From Cirrosporium novae-zelandiae (taxonomy: Eukaryota), in contig JAPETS010000026.1 in the NCBI GenBank assembly GCA_026023565.1, positions 310,001 to 374,000 on the forward strand: a stretch of DNA of 64,000 nt. Direction: 5' to 3'. Shown here one piece after another: positions 11,353 to 24,615 of this stretch. The translations under genes were made by a program, and so were the position numbers. The stretch's first letter is position 1, and every line of letters begins with the position of its first letter. The notes under the pieces are model-generated. The model did no database searches and was not told the DNA's origin. It saw only the letters and a list, made by a program, of their open reading frames with translations.

Positions 11353-14163
11353 ATTGTCCGGTTGAGAAAGAATAATAGAGAGTTGATAAAGAGGTAAAAG
11401 TTTTTAAAGGTAGAAGAAGGGGACGTGAGGAGGGTGGCGAATTTATAAAACAACGGATGAAATGAATATCAGAAATCCTCCTGTAGACATGGGATTTAGC
11501 TCAGTGAATTGTTCGTGGTTTCCCCTAACAGCTCCTCATGACGGATGTAGTAAAAAAAAATAAATTGCAGAGAAGATGGGAGTAGATATATGTATATGGT
11601 AAATGCTCGTTTGATAATTCAACTGTGGAGAAGTTGAGTCGTTATCGGGTTGATATCAAAGACAATACACAGGAGATAAGGACCAGTTATATTCCTCGGC
11701 ATTGTTCAATTGAGCTTTGGATTAGTTGATTAGCTTCAAAGGATGATGAATTGTGTGTGGACTTGGTGACCCATTACAGGTCTTTGCAGGTTTTTGCAGG
11801 TTCTGTCAGGTCTTGACCAGCAAGGGAGGCAAGAAGTCATGGTCATCCTGGACCGTTCGACGGTTGTTCTCTTGCTTGTACATGAGTGACCTTCCTACAG
11901 CATCCAGCCGTGTTTCTTCGCCTTTTGGAGTAAAGCGCGCGGCTCTGATCCAGTCTGTGAAGTTTGTCTTGATGTCCTTGATGTTCCTTGTGGGTGGGGA
12001 TCAAAGTACTGTCCAGCTAAGTGTAACTCTACCCCGAATCGGTAAACCAATCCTTCCCCATCAAAATCCCCAGTCCATCCAAAGGTCCCTCTGAGTCTAT
12101 CCAAGTTTATCAAGTCCCTTTTGACAAATGATGAGTCCCATATCTGATCCTCGAGTCCATGTACGCTGTAACTACTCACTACCGTTATTTACTTGAACGC
12201 CATCGCCGAGACTTTTCCCCTAGACTACCACACCTTATCGCTTCCTTATTCGTCTAAACTCTATGTCGAACAATAATCTGGACAAACATGAGGCAAAGAA
12301 CCACACCATCAATCAAGCTTCTGTTGGGGCTAATCTATCCATCTATCTAGCTATCTATCTATCCTGCCTATCTAAATACCTATAGGTATCCATCCATCCA
12401 TCCATCCATCCATCCATCTATCTTCATCTGACCCACCAGACCTTCCGTCTTCCTAACAAGACAATACAGACTTACGCTACCTTTTTGACTTTAACGAGGC
12501 AAGCAATCCCAGAGTTCGCACTACGAATAGATAGTCATACCATCAACCTTCTCCTACCATGCAAGCTGTACGACGGCAAGACTCGAGGAATTGCGTGACC
12601 GGTCCCTTCAATAATCCAAGGATTGCCATATACCATCCATATATTTTCCATCTTTTCTGGCTGCGGATTGCAACACTAATAATAGATGATATTACACGGA
12701 TGGCCACAGAAGCAATAACGACTTTCTAACTATGCCTTGAGTTCCAGGATGATTTAGCCCTTTCGCTCCAGGCATCATACACGTATCACCATCACCGTGA
12801 CAAGGCCATTTTAATAGTGTTACAACCGCGTCTTAAGGACGATTGCGAATCGATCAACTCCCAAATATTTGATCGACTTTGGAATTCTATAGCCAACTTC
12901 TGTATCCAGAAAACTCCTGCCGCTACTATGGACCCGTGAATCTATAAAATAACATCGGATCAACAGAAACCCTATCAAGTTTGACTGTGACCCGGAGCTG
13001 AACCAATCATGCATCCTCTCAACTGAAGTGTCGGTCCGAGGACTGGTAAGTCTTGTAATAAGCTTGGGAAATAATATCTTAAAGAGTAAAATCCCCGGAG
13101 AAAGCGATCAAACGCATAGCGAATTGCAGTTTATGGGGTTTCTCTATGGTCCCAGTATTAGGGAATAACCCCGACATGCCTGTGGCTAATGGAAACATGA
13201 TGTCAGAAGGATAATATGGTATTCTACTATGTACATGTACATGCCTTGAAACACTTCCATGTCCAGATCATCGAATCGAATTGCAAGCGCAACGAGACTC
13301 GAGGTGGAAAGCCGAGGTGAAGTATCAAACATGCAATAGCACTTTATTTCTGTAAAAACAGTCGCTTTTCTCACTTTGACAAAACAGGAGCCGAGGACCT
13401 ACTTCCAACATACTGCGTTGCTTTGAGATATTGACTGGAGCCTGTATTATCTCATTTATCAAAATTTTAGGAGGAAATTGGAGGGTCTTCTTGCATCCCA
13501 CAAAGCCACCTTTGAGAGAAATGACTTATTATGAAAAAAAGCTAACATCAAAGACGAAATACCAGTAATGAGGAAACTTAGAAATGTCAGACGGAAGGAA
13601 ATGTAATTGGGGGGGAATCCTACTTACGTGAAACATCACATCAGCCTTATTAGAACCTGCAGTGCTCAAGTAGCGCTGACCAACACATTGTGTGAGCCTG
13701 TATCTACCAAGATAGACATTGCCGGTTTTTGTAATCTGCCAGCTTAAATAATCAGTAAGAAACGTGACCCCAAGCATTGAAATATCTGCATGCATCGGAC
13801 AAGATATATGAATTTGGGCAATTATTTTTTTCTGAAGCTGCTCCATTAAAAAACCACATGCTGTGCTTCGGCAGCTCCCATCATAGGTTTAGCCCACCCG
13901 GAATTTACTGAGCTTCATCAAGCAACTCTTCCGGTTGACGGTCCTTGAAAAAGAAGTCTGTCTAGACAGACCTGGATCATAAGATAAAACATCACGCCTG
14001 GATCGCCGGGTATCATGGCCTAATTAATACACAAAATACCACAAATGACCGCCGTATTTGACTCCTGCATCTAACTCAGGAGAATTGTGGATAGGTAAAA
14101 TTGAAAAGTATTAGCTTTCCAGCATCACACCTAGAATATCTTTGCCATCAGTCACATCTTAAA

Positions 14164-15456
14164 CTATTTCCATAGTCCATATGAATCTTTGCAGAATTTC
14201 CAAAGCTTGATAGTGCCGTCTTCGCTACCCGTGGCATAAATCTTTCCATCCGGAGAGAAGCTGACAGACCAAACCGGGCCATGGTGCCCCTTGTGAACAT
14301 CTTAAAAATTGGAAAATTAGCGTTCCAGAACAGACATGGGTAGTATTTACTTATTGAAGGGATAAATAACCAACCTAGTTCAGCTTCAGTATCAAAATCA
14401 TGTACTCTAACCCAAGTGTCTCCACTACTGCCGGTTACAAACTTATTCTGTTCACCGTGGTATGCCACTGTTGACACTTCGTAGGGGAGTTTCACAGCTT
14501 TTATGAGTCTCCCAGGTTCGAAGCCATCAAAAAAGTAAGCAGTCTTGCCAGATGCAACGCTCAAAACCCCACGTGCATCGGTGGATGGGGCGTTTAATTC
14601 ACAGGTTCCAAGTGTCCCACTTATTGGATGCTGTGCAACAGGCGCCTGTGTACGAAGATCCCACCAACGAACCATATTGTCATCAGAGGCAGTAATAAGA
14701 ATACTGTTACTAGCTTCTGTACCCCAAACAATAGCCTTAATAGGTCCGCCAAAGACGCCCGGTCCAATCTCATGATGAAAGAACGTTGTGCCATCGGTTT
14801 TTGAGTCTGGACTTGTGGGAGACGAAGAAGCACTGGTGCGGGACAGATCGTAAATCCGAAGTTTCTTTTCGTGTCCCCCGGTCGCAAGAATTTGTGGGGA
14901 TGGTTGGTTGGGAAATGCGACTGCACGAACGATATGGTTATGTTGAACGGTGTGGAGGCATTCGCCGGTGTAAGTGTCCCAGACTTTACTGTAGGATCGA
15001 AATGTCAGCGTTCTTCAATAGCGCTCAAGCAAGCACCTACTTACGCTGTGAAATCTGCAGATGCTGTAGCAGATAATGTAGCATCCGAGGAAAGGCGAGA
15101 CTGCCAAACAGCACCCTTGTGTCCCACGAAGGTCCCAATCCTATTCGCAATCAGAATCTATGAGTCTCGTCTCGATTTCATGATTTACCAGTCGCCGGTA
15201 ATTCCATCTCGTAGCATGGGATAGTTATCTAAAAGGTGTTAAAGGCATTTTTTTTATTCGGTGGAAATGGCAAACCTTTGCAAGCAGATACTAGATAATA
15301 TTCGCCGTCATTATGCATCGAAGAAAAACTGAGGTGGGTGATGGGGCGCGAGTGCCCATGGCAAGTTAAGGGAACCACTTTGGAGGCGTCTTCATCCACA
15401 TGTCAGATATCACAAAATACAGGCTTGATCAACTCTTTAGACAAACCTGGAGCCAT
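14164..15456 (-). CDS. WD40 protein, serine-threonine kinase receptor-associated protein (STRAP/UNRIP) family
   Basis: Multi-exon. Spliced N-terminus [65 protein letters not shown]; ends YGLWK* (TAG 14166-14164). Confidence 0.9.
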
Positions 15457-16649
15457 TTTATGAGTATATATGTTGAGTCGGTCTAAGAGGTAGTTTTGAG
15501 AATGTGGAAGAGGTCGAAGGAAAAGGAATAGCAAAATCTTTGCTGATGGATAAGCCCGTGTTCACGCAAAGGTTTTGGAGCTGTGTTCATAAACGTCGTG
15601 ACCGTACTGTACTCCACACACAGTAATTGTTGAAAGAATGCAAGTGCAAGAAGTATTAAGGCGGGGATGAGATGTGATGGAATGAAGGTTGTCGTTGTAT
15701 AGTTATGCCTCGAGACCAGTCAAAGGAAAGTCATAAACTCGTCACCGTGTCATATCCCTTTTTTGAGTGATCCTCCTATAATACAGGCAATTCGATGAGT
15801 TTTGTGGGTTCAATGAAAGCAAAGAGATATCCTTTGTGAACCCTGTATTTGAAGAACGGGGGGACTTTGGGAAAGTCGTGGGAATGTTGACAGGGAAAGC
15901 CGTCCCTATTCGGCTCCACTTTGTTCCATCCAGCCAACGGATACGCGCACTTGACCTGAAGAAAATCAGAGGCACTTTTTCTTCTCCAGTTTCCCCCTAT
16001 TATTTAATATCGCCATCAAAACTATCGACTTTACTATCGATTTCACCATTGGTTTCAATAATAATATAATAACTCGCCAAGATCCCCATACTATTTTTCC
16101 CAAGTCCGGAGTGGACCGCCGAAGTCATGTAATGTAGTTGTCCTCCCCAGACTTCTGTCTAGTTAAGCTTGGAGATGTTTTCTAAATATTATGTCATCTC
16201 GCTCAGGCCTTTACACACCAAGATATTCTCTACAACCATATCTAAAGACAGCACATCACCATTTAAGTGAAATTGTATTCGAGAATTAGTTTCGGGAAGA
16301 ATGCTATCATACATGAAAAGTAACCATTTTACTTTTACCATCCATCTACTTGAACCGATAACATGTCATTCCGATACATACAGCATTCTTAACCATCTTG
16401 CTAGAAAGAGCAGTGAATATCCGACACCTTTGATTCCATACTCTGAAACCTCCCGATTACTACCTCAAATTCCATTCATTTGTCCATGCCATCTAAGAAA
16501 GTCTCTGATCATAATCTCAAATTTCATCTCAAATGTAGCTTTACATGCAGGATAGCATATTTTTGATCGTATATTCTGCCTGTCCTTTTTCTGATATCTA
16601 TATCATGTGAGACTCATCAAGAGATGCAGTTGCCATGGGAGCGACATAG

Positions 16650-17933
16650 CTATGAATGGCACATGCAGTGAGTAAACAAGATATCTCCACACTTGTCACA
16701 GGATCCCTTTCCCATAGCACACCATTGGCACTTACTGATTCTCCATGGGCTCTGCGTGTTGCAAGTAGGACAGATCAACTCGAAAGGATTACACATAGGG
16801 CATTTTGATCGAGTGAGTGTCTGAGCATTGCACTCTACGCAGTTGTGTATCGTTGTGGAGCACCATGAGCATGTGTGATCGAAACTCTTCAGTTCTTTGC
16901 ATGTTTGGCATGTGTTCAGCTCAACCTGCTCGGCGACCGGAATGAACTTGTGGAAGAGGTCAAGCGCAAAATCGCCACCCTCTTTAATGAGTTGGTAGAA
17001 TTCACCTCGATTTAGAGGCGAAGTCATATATACATTTGAATTCGCCATGATCAAATCACGAAGGCCACGGTCGGATGGAGGGGATGACCCGTAGTAGACC
17101 GTCCTAATGATATTTGGGAATTTTGAGCTGCGACAGCCAAGAGCCAAATTCAATTCGAACTTCTCCCAACTAAGGTCTTTGAGCTTGGGGATTTCGTATT
17201 TTTCTGCGAATTCGTAGACCTTAGCGTTGATTAAGAGCTTTGCCGCTGCTTTATCTTCATTTGGATTTTCCATCATGTTCTGCTTTACCATATCCTCCTT
17301 TGCAGTCGACTGAGGGCTATTTGAGCTTCGTGGAGTGACTACGCCCCCTAAGAATGAGGAACTTGGTCCTGAATCTAAAGCTGGTAGTCCTCCATCAGTG
17401 AGACGTAGAGGAAGATCGAGTTCCGGGGGGGTGCAATTGGCTTCTTCACTTCCAAGCTCAGCCATAGATGCCATCAAGAAATCCATTTCGCTTAAACCGT
17501 CAGATTGCAGATTCTCATCTCCGCTACAGTCTGAAGTATCTGTGGAGGAAAGCGAGATGACAGATTCGGTGCGAACAAAACCGGCTCGTGGCTCCCTCAA
17601 CGTATATTTCAACCCAGTGCTCAGGTCATCATAGTTACCACTGTATAAGTAGCTGACAAAGTGATCAACAATATCAGGATTGTCCTCTTTAAGGTCAATG
17701 AAGTCTCGTGGACCATCATCATAGCATAGATCAAACCATGTTTCGAGGGTAGGAGAAGCTTCAGATGATAGTCTAGTCTTATGGGTCATCCATTTATGCC
17801 CTTTGCAGATGATAAGAAACCTATCAAGGGTTTTTGTTTTGCTGAAAAAGTCAGACATTGTTGAGTCCATAGTAAGATTAGATAAATCATACCTTCGGCC
17901 CTCAAGAGGCTCTGCGTTGCAAGTATTCGCCAT
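16650..17933 (-). CDS. BTB/POZ domain protein with a long acidic insert and a C-terminal multi-CxxC tail
   Basis: Intronless 427-aa ORF. BTB elements IDLKEDNPDIVDHFVSYLYSGNY and LLINAKVYEFAEKYEIPKLKDLS..SDRGLR. Tail has seven CxxC pairs plus CMC. Confidence 0.8.
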   Translation of the reverse strand: MANTCNAEPLEGRRYDLSNLTMDSTMSDFFSKTKTLDRFLIICKGHKWMTHKTRLSSEASPTLETWFDLCYDDGPRDFIDLKEDNPDIVDHFVSYLYSGNYDDLSTGLKYTLREPRAGFVRTESVISLSSTDTSDCSGDENLQSDGLSEMDFLMASMAELGSEEANCTPPELDLPLRLTDGGLPALDSGPSSSFLGGVVTPRSSNSPQSTAKEDMVKQNMMENPNEDKAAAKLLINAKVYEFAEKYEIPKLKDLSWEKFELNLALGCRSSKFPNIIRTVYYGSSPPSDRGLRDLIMANSNVYMTSPLNRGEFYQLIKEGGDFALDLFHKFIPVAEQVELNTCQTCKELKSFDHTCSWCSTTIHNCVECNAQTLTRSKCPMCNPFELICPTCNTQSPWRISKCQWCAMGKGSCDKCGDILFTHCMCHS

Positions 17934-19075
17934 TGTAGTAAAATAAAGGTGAGGCTATTTTGATGGAATGAAGAGAGTCTGAGGAGAATAAATGCTGAAG
18001 CTAAATCTGTAGGTACAGATACAACTCTGATGTGCTTTGATGCTCTATAGTCTGATCAATGCGTTTGTGGTGAAACCTGAGTTGGTGGATTTTCGAGTTA
18101 GAAGTAAATATTTCAAATATGAACTTGAGCATCAGCAATATATACTGGTAGTGTCCGAGCCACACACTCTTAACGCACACAGCCGTGGATAGGCAAGAAA
18201 GGCTGAAGCGCATCTGCCCTATAACCGTTAAGCTGTGAAACCGCATGAGTCAAGCTATTGTGAATCATAGTAAACTGCACACTCCCAAACAGTATGCTCT
18301 CAATTATCTACGATGTCTTGACTGGGCAAGAACCTCTAGACGTCAACAAAGGCTTCATTTTTGGTTTTACTCTGCGGAACAGTGATGGACGAAGGGGTGG
18401 TGGAAGAGAAAGGAATTGAAAGAAAGGGATATGAAAGCCACAGTATGTGGCTGAGGCTGTCTTGGCTTATATAGTTCGTAACAACCTGTGGAGCTGTAGA
18501 TCAGCCTTGGGGACTTTTAGGATGTAGATTTCCACTGGATGTACTTTCAAAAGTAATGGAGTGAAATGGGAACTTTCCATTGAGGATCACAGTCATAGAT
18601 TAATCGGAGACGATAACAAATGTGTCAAACATGCCTTATCCCTTATTCCAAGCTATCTAATTTACAGCCGTTTTGTGAGCTCTCTTGCATAATAACTAAG
18701 GGCTTATGGCACATTTTTAATTCACCCATCATCTCATATCAGTATGCTTTGTCATCTAATTGGTAAACACCTTTGTACGTAAAATATGCCGTCATTCAAT
18801 CTTTGAAATTTAACTCAGAAGACCTCGGTGATAGGAGATCGGAAATCGAGGAGGGGTAGCTTGTCGTGCTTGTTCATTTATTTTACCAATGAGCACCACG
18901 GGATATCGTCACAGCCCGCTTTAAAAATGTCGTACAATCCCAAAAGAAGAGACTCTTTAATATTCTTGCTGGTCTAAAATTACGGTCATATCTTCAAAGA
19001 ATTATAAAAGCTGAAGAAGGCGAAAAATATCATTTTTATTGTTTTTGGCTGAAGAAACCTGTCTTTGTCTTCCTA

Positions 19076-20610
19076 ATGGCTTTGCAACTTCTGCAGAAGG
19101 TTTCTAGAGAGCTTGGTCTTTCGTCCCTAATTGCATCTTCTAGAGACACCAAACTCTTATGCCTTCAACGTTTTGTCCGATTGTTCGCTTATGGCTGCAC
19201 AACGCTGATTCTTGCGCTCTATCTTTCAAGTGTGGGTGTATCCGATTCTCGGATCGGGGCATTTATGAGCTTGACATTGTTAGGTGATGTTGCCATTAGC
19301 TTCCTTTTGACGTTGTTTGCAGATGCACTGGGAAGAAGAAAAATATTGGCATTTGGTGCTGGTCTCATGACTGCGAGTGGAATCATCTTCAGCTTTACAC
19401 GCAACTATTGGATGATGCTTGCTGCCAGCGTTGTGGGTGTCATCAGTCCAAGGTGCGTGTTACTGTTCGCCGCTGTTTGGGGCAGCTGTATTCAGTGGAG
19501 GTCAGTACTAACCTGTAAACATATATTCGCTTTCTTCGCAGTGGAAATGAAATTGGACCATTCAAAGCCGTTGAAGAGTCTACTCTTTCGCACCTTACCT
19601 CCTTAGAAACTCGTAGCGATATCCTTGCTTGGTATACTTTACTCGGCGCTGCTGGAACTGCATGCGGGACTATCGTTTGCGGATGGTTAGTTGAGAAGTT
19701 ACAGCAAGTCGAAGGTTGGAAAGATACAGACGCATATCGGATGGTCTTTATATTATACGCTTGTCTTGGCGTCGTGAAAATGTGTCTGACCCTCATGTTA
19801 TCTAGAGGATGTGAGGCAGAAAAAGATAAGCCCCCAGCATACGAAGCTCTTGAAATGGGAAACCAAGATGTGGAAGCCGAAGGTCTTCTTGACACCGAAG
19901 ACGAGGACCAAGAATCTGGATCAGAACGGGAACCAGAGCCAGGACCACCAACTAGAGAGCCCTCTTCCCCTCAACAAAAGGGCATATTTCGGAGACTTAT
20001 TCCTTCCATATCTCATGAAAGCCGAACGCTCGTCCTTAAACTTTGTCTGCTATTTGGCATTGACTCAACGGCATCAGGATTGGTCCCACTGTCGTGGATG
20101 ACATACTTCTTTTCCCGAAAGTTCTCGCTCCCCGAAGGCAATCTTGGGACTTTGTTTTTTGTTACGAACATTATTTCCTCGGCCTCAACCCTCGTAGCCT
20201 CCTCAATCGCCAAGCGGATCGGCCTAGTAAAGGCCATGGTTTTCACTCATTTACCCTCCGCCATCATGCTTGCTCTAATACCAGCGCCAAACGTGGTGTG
20301 GCTTGCGATGATATTCCTCGTTCTCCGTTCTTGTACTTCAAGTATGGATCAAGCACCTCGACAAGCATTTCTGGCTGCAGCGGTACTTCCAAACGAGAGA
20401 ACAGCTGTGATGGGAATGGTTAATGTGGTGAAAACATTGAGTCAGAGTATAGGTTTAGCAGGCACCGGATTGCTTGCTGGAGGAGGAAAATTTTGGATGG
20501 CATTTGTTATTGCTGGCAGTATGAAAGCAGGCTATGATTTGGCCATGTTGAAGATGTTTTCCAAATATCAAACAAGAGAACAAAAGCAGCAGGAGGAGGA
20601 AGGAAAATGA
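19076..20610 (+). CDS. Major facilitator superfamily transporter
   Basis: Exons 19076-19452 and 19542-20610 (joint ISPSGNEIGPF). MFS motif-A-like ADALGRRKIL, many hydrophobic helices, MVFTHLPS and MDQAPRQAF motifs. Confidence 0.9.
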
Positions 20611-20947
20611 GAGAATCATAATGATAAATGATGGTGCTGATAGATATAAAAATGGGATGTAGCTATTTCTGCGATAATAAATAGTTCCACGTGCTACATT
20701 AATTACAAATTTATCATGGATAAAAAGATTGTATGCACTTTCGTACATGACTCTCAGACCGTGTGACTGTGACTTAGTTGGGCTCTCATTGGATAAAGAA
20801 TGACTCGCTTCGCTTAGTCAGGCCTGAAGGTCATTCATCAGGCTTCCAAGCGCAGCATCATTTACACACAGATTCTTCTATCCTTCAAACCTCATCTCTT
20901 TTTATCCTAGTCTACTACCGCGTTTTTATTAAGGTATTAAAACCAGA

Positions 20948-22137
20948 ATGAACTTTCTCCATTCTACTTTTTCTGTCTGGAGGGACAAACTCGCCCCAGT
21001 CAGTCATACATCGACCTTTCGTAGCACCGGTCAGATCACCCCCGAAGAGTTTGTACTCGCAGGCGATTATATTGTCTATAAGTTTCCAACTTGGTCCTGG
21101 GCCGATGCATCATCCCCTGGAAAACGGATTCCTCATCTCCCTGAGGGTAAACAGTTCCTTGTGACGCGCGGGGTACCTTGCAACAGGCGACCCAATGACA
21201 AGTCTGGAGATGCCATCCAAGATGAAACCGTGGTTAGGGATGGATTTGCCCCAGGAGAAGGAGGTGATGGCGATGACGGATGGCTAAGAACAGGTGGGAT
21301 GGCCGCAAGCCAAGAAGCTAGAATTCGAGATGTGAGGACTGTTGACGAGAGCGGGGAAGTGGGGGAGCGAGAGGATGATGAGGACGATATCCCGGACATG
21401 GAAGACGAGGAAGATGACGAGGAGGCCATCATTAGAGATCCAAAGGGAGGGGGAGCTGATGCGTGAGTTATCTCTTTACCAGTGTTTAATGTTTTCCAGT
21501 CATTCTGCGCCCGCCTTCGCATGTGCGCTTCTGAATCCCTACAACGTTACTGAGACACTGGCTTACGACTCCCGTATATAGTCCTCGACGCACATACACT
21601 CTCTACATAACCTATTCAACATATTACCGTACTCCTCGACTTTACCTTTCGGGGTACCTCTCCCCTTCGGAACCGCTTCCCCCCAAGGACATGCTCGAAG
21701 ATATTGTAGATGACTACACAGGCAAAACCGTTACTCTAGAGCCCTTCCCCTTCTTCGATCCCCCATCACTAGAAATGGCCACAATCCATCCATGCAAACA
21801 TGCTTCTGTCATGAAAGTCCTCCTCGATCGCGCTGATGCGGCACTCAAAATCCGATTGCAGAAGATGAAGCAAGGGGAAGGTGGAAATATAGAATCTGGC
21901 ATGGAAGGATTAGTGGAGGAAATCAAGGGTCTATCGTTAGATAAACAGCCAGCTTCCACAGGCGGGGCAGCAGGACCTGGAAGCAGCGGGGGTGACGAGT
22001 GGGAAGTTTTACAGCATGAAGGAGGCAGCGAGGAAGACGCCTTTGCTATCCGTGTAGACCAATATTTGGTGGTGTTCCTTAAGTTCATGGCCAGCGTGAT
22101 GCCAGGCATTGAGCATGATTTTACAATGGGAGTCTAG
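20948..22137 (+). CDS. ATG3: Autophagy-related E2-like enzyme Atg3
   Basis: Exons 20948-21462 and 21582-22137. [33 protein letters not shown], catalytic HPCKHA, C-terminal [17 protein letters not shown]. Confidence 0.97.
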
Positions 22138-24615
22138 ATTGGAGAGGGGGACTGGATGAGGATACGGTTTTAGGTTCAATATGGATTGGATGAGGATTGC
22201 GGCATCTTTCGGGCGTTTGTTTGGGTGGTGTAGACAGTGGGCGCCGATAGGAATTTTGAAGGTAGGCCTCCGGACTTGGTGTTGATATTTGATACATGAT
22301 TAGCTACATGGCGGGGTCTAAGCAGAGATTTAACTAGGAATAGAAGAGCAATTGCCAACAGCATTCTCCAATTGCGGGAATTATTTGAAAAGGGACAACA
22401 ATGCGAGGGGCCTAGAGGATTCACAGGAGCAACAGGAGAGGAGGGCAGTTTGGTTAGGTTAACAGGGTAGTTTTCTAAGCGATTAGAGTCCAAGTGGAGA
22501 CGTTGATATTGGCTGTAACCTGCAGGTGTGGACGATGGACGATGGACGATGGACGATGGGGCTAATAAGGTGGCCACAAGTTAAGGATGGGGCGCTGGGG
22601 GCTTTCGGGCTTGGGGCTCCGGGGGGGTTACTGAGTAGTGATAGTAGTTAATGGGTAATGGTAAGTTAAATGGTAGTTAACAGTGTGATGGAGCAGGTTT
22701 AGGATGAAGGCTAGGACTGGGAACATGGATTCTATCCAATGATTTTTTCCAACCATGGTTTGATGGCAACCGACTATAATCCACTATCAGCATTCCCCGA
22801 CCTAGCGAACAGACGGATCCTTCCGTAAATGCAGCTTTCCGAGAAGAACAAGGTTGGCATTGGCATGTTAACTATCTGTCGGATACCGGATACCGGAATA
22901 CTCGAATCATGACCGGAATTTTGAGTGTACGGGATCGTCCTACGGATGCGTTCCTGTGTACCGGGATGACTCTCAACACGGTTCACGGCCCAATTCCGAA
23001 ACTTCAATCAGCCCAGACCAGGTACGACTAGGTACGACCATTCAACCATTTCATATTAATCTAAAATACTGTTTAAGCATTACTACATGAGGAAAGTAAA
23101 AGGTACCAGTTCTCTCTCTTCCCGCCTACATCTTGCGTCCACCATCTACCATCTACCATCTCTTACCAAACTACCATCTCCCTCACCATCCATCTCGTAT
23201 TTTCGTATCTACTGGGTTTCCCTCTTCTAGGCGTTGGTCGATACAATGATGTCGCAATATCAGACGGCTTGAAACAAACTGCGAGATAAACTTCCCAGAT
23301 GGTTGATAAGGGTAAGATAATTAGTTTACAGTCAGACGGTTAAAAGAGTTCCTTCCTCTCTCTCTCTCTCTCCCCCAAAGGAAAAAGGTGATTAGTGAAC
23401 AGGGTTGTTTTGATGCATAGCCAACTTGTCAATTATACTGTGTGTGTGGTGTGGTACTTTGTGTAGTTATTACTTAATTATACATATGATTTGAATTAAT
23501 ATTTTTCCTATCTTTTCCTCGTCTTTCTCCCTTGATCGTGATCCATTTTAGGATTTGTTGGAGATAGTGTTTGGGATTATTGGTGTTGGGTTATTATTAT
23601 ATATATACTACTTACTTTTTCCAGTGGACGGCGAGCCTTGGGGCTATTTTCTCAGCGGCCTTTGGGACCTGTAGAGTTACCGGTTGGTGGTCTCGTTCTC
23701 GGAGCTAAGGTAAGTTTAAGGAAACTGAACCAAATTGCTAAAACTCTGCCAGTGTGGTTGCTAGTTGTGCAATACTGTACTCTACAAACTTCCAAACTTT
23801 GCCTAATAAGCCTAAGCAGCCTAAGCAGCCTAACAAGCCTAACAACATTAACCAGCAGGGGCTCTGCTCTAGCCTCCCACAGCCAAATGCTAGTCAGTCG
23901 GCCTTGCACGCTTCTCACTTTTTCCCAGCTCCCCTTCTACCTGTCACTTCCCTTTCTCGATTTCTTTTCTCTAACGACAGCATATTCAGGATACTCACAT
24001 CCAAATTCCAATTATCCCCAACCATTTAACCCAATCATCCTGACAACAAACATCTTAACATTTCAATCTTCTGACCTCTGAAATAATCCCTGGTGCCCGC
24101 CTTACCCAAGCTCTTCCCACCCCCCCCCCTCCAATTCTTGCATCCTTCTCTTCTCCCCCCCCCCCACGCCGACAGATCTTTCAAAACCACAAAGTGACCT
24201 CTCAATTAAAAACATACACGTCCACGTAAATGTATTCAGTATTGTTTTGAAAACGCCATGTATGCCGACCTTCTGCGACCTTGAATCGTTCGGTAGGTGA
24301 CGAAAAGAGGACCAGGGAGGAAAGAGCGAACCAAGCAACCAACCGCAGTTGAACCTTGGAACCAACCACCTTCCATCCCCCTCATCATTCAAAAACTTTC
24401 CACCGTTCATTCCCGAGTTCTGGCTTGCCTTGACAGTTGTCTAAGCGAAACCGGTATTTGATCCTTCAGCTTGATTTCATCGTGATATCAGCCCAACGGT
24501 CTGGGATAAGCATAAATACCTCGTCTCTTTTTTTTTTTACGAGACATCTCAACTTTTACTGTCCTCGAGTTACGCCGAGACCAAATACAACCTGACAACG
24601 TGAGAAAGAGGCAAC

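Noticed and set aside
14621..14926. Apparent frameshift in the STRAP-like gene suggested by overlapping ORFs
   Set aside because: Manual translation shows one continuous exon frame ([15 protein letters not shown]). The listed ORF is off-frame.
22176..24410. ORFs 22176-22577(-), 23638-24081(+) and neighbours
   Set aside because: Low-complexity translations driven by short tandem repeats, with no domain motifs.
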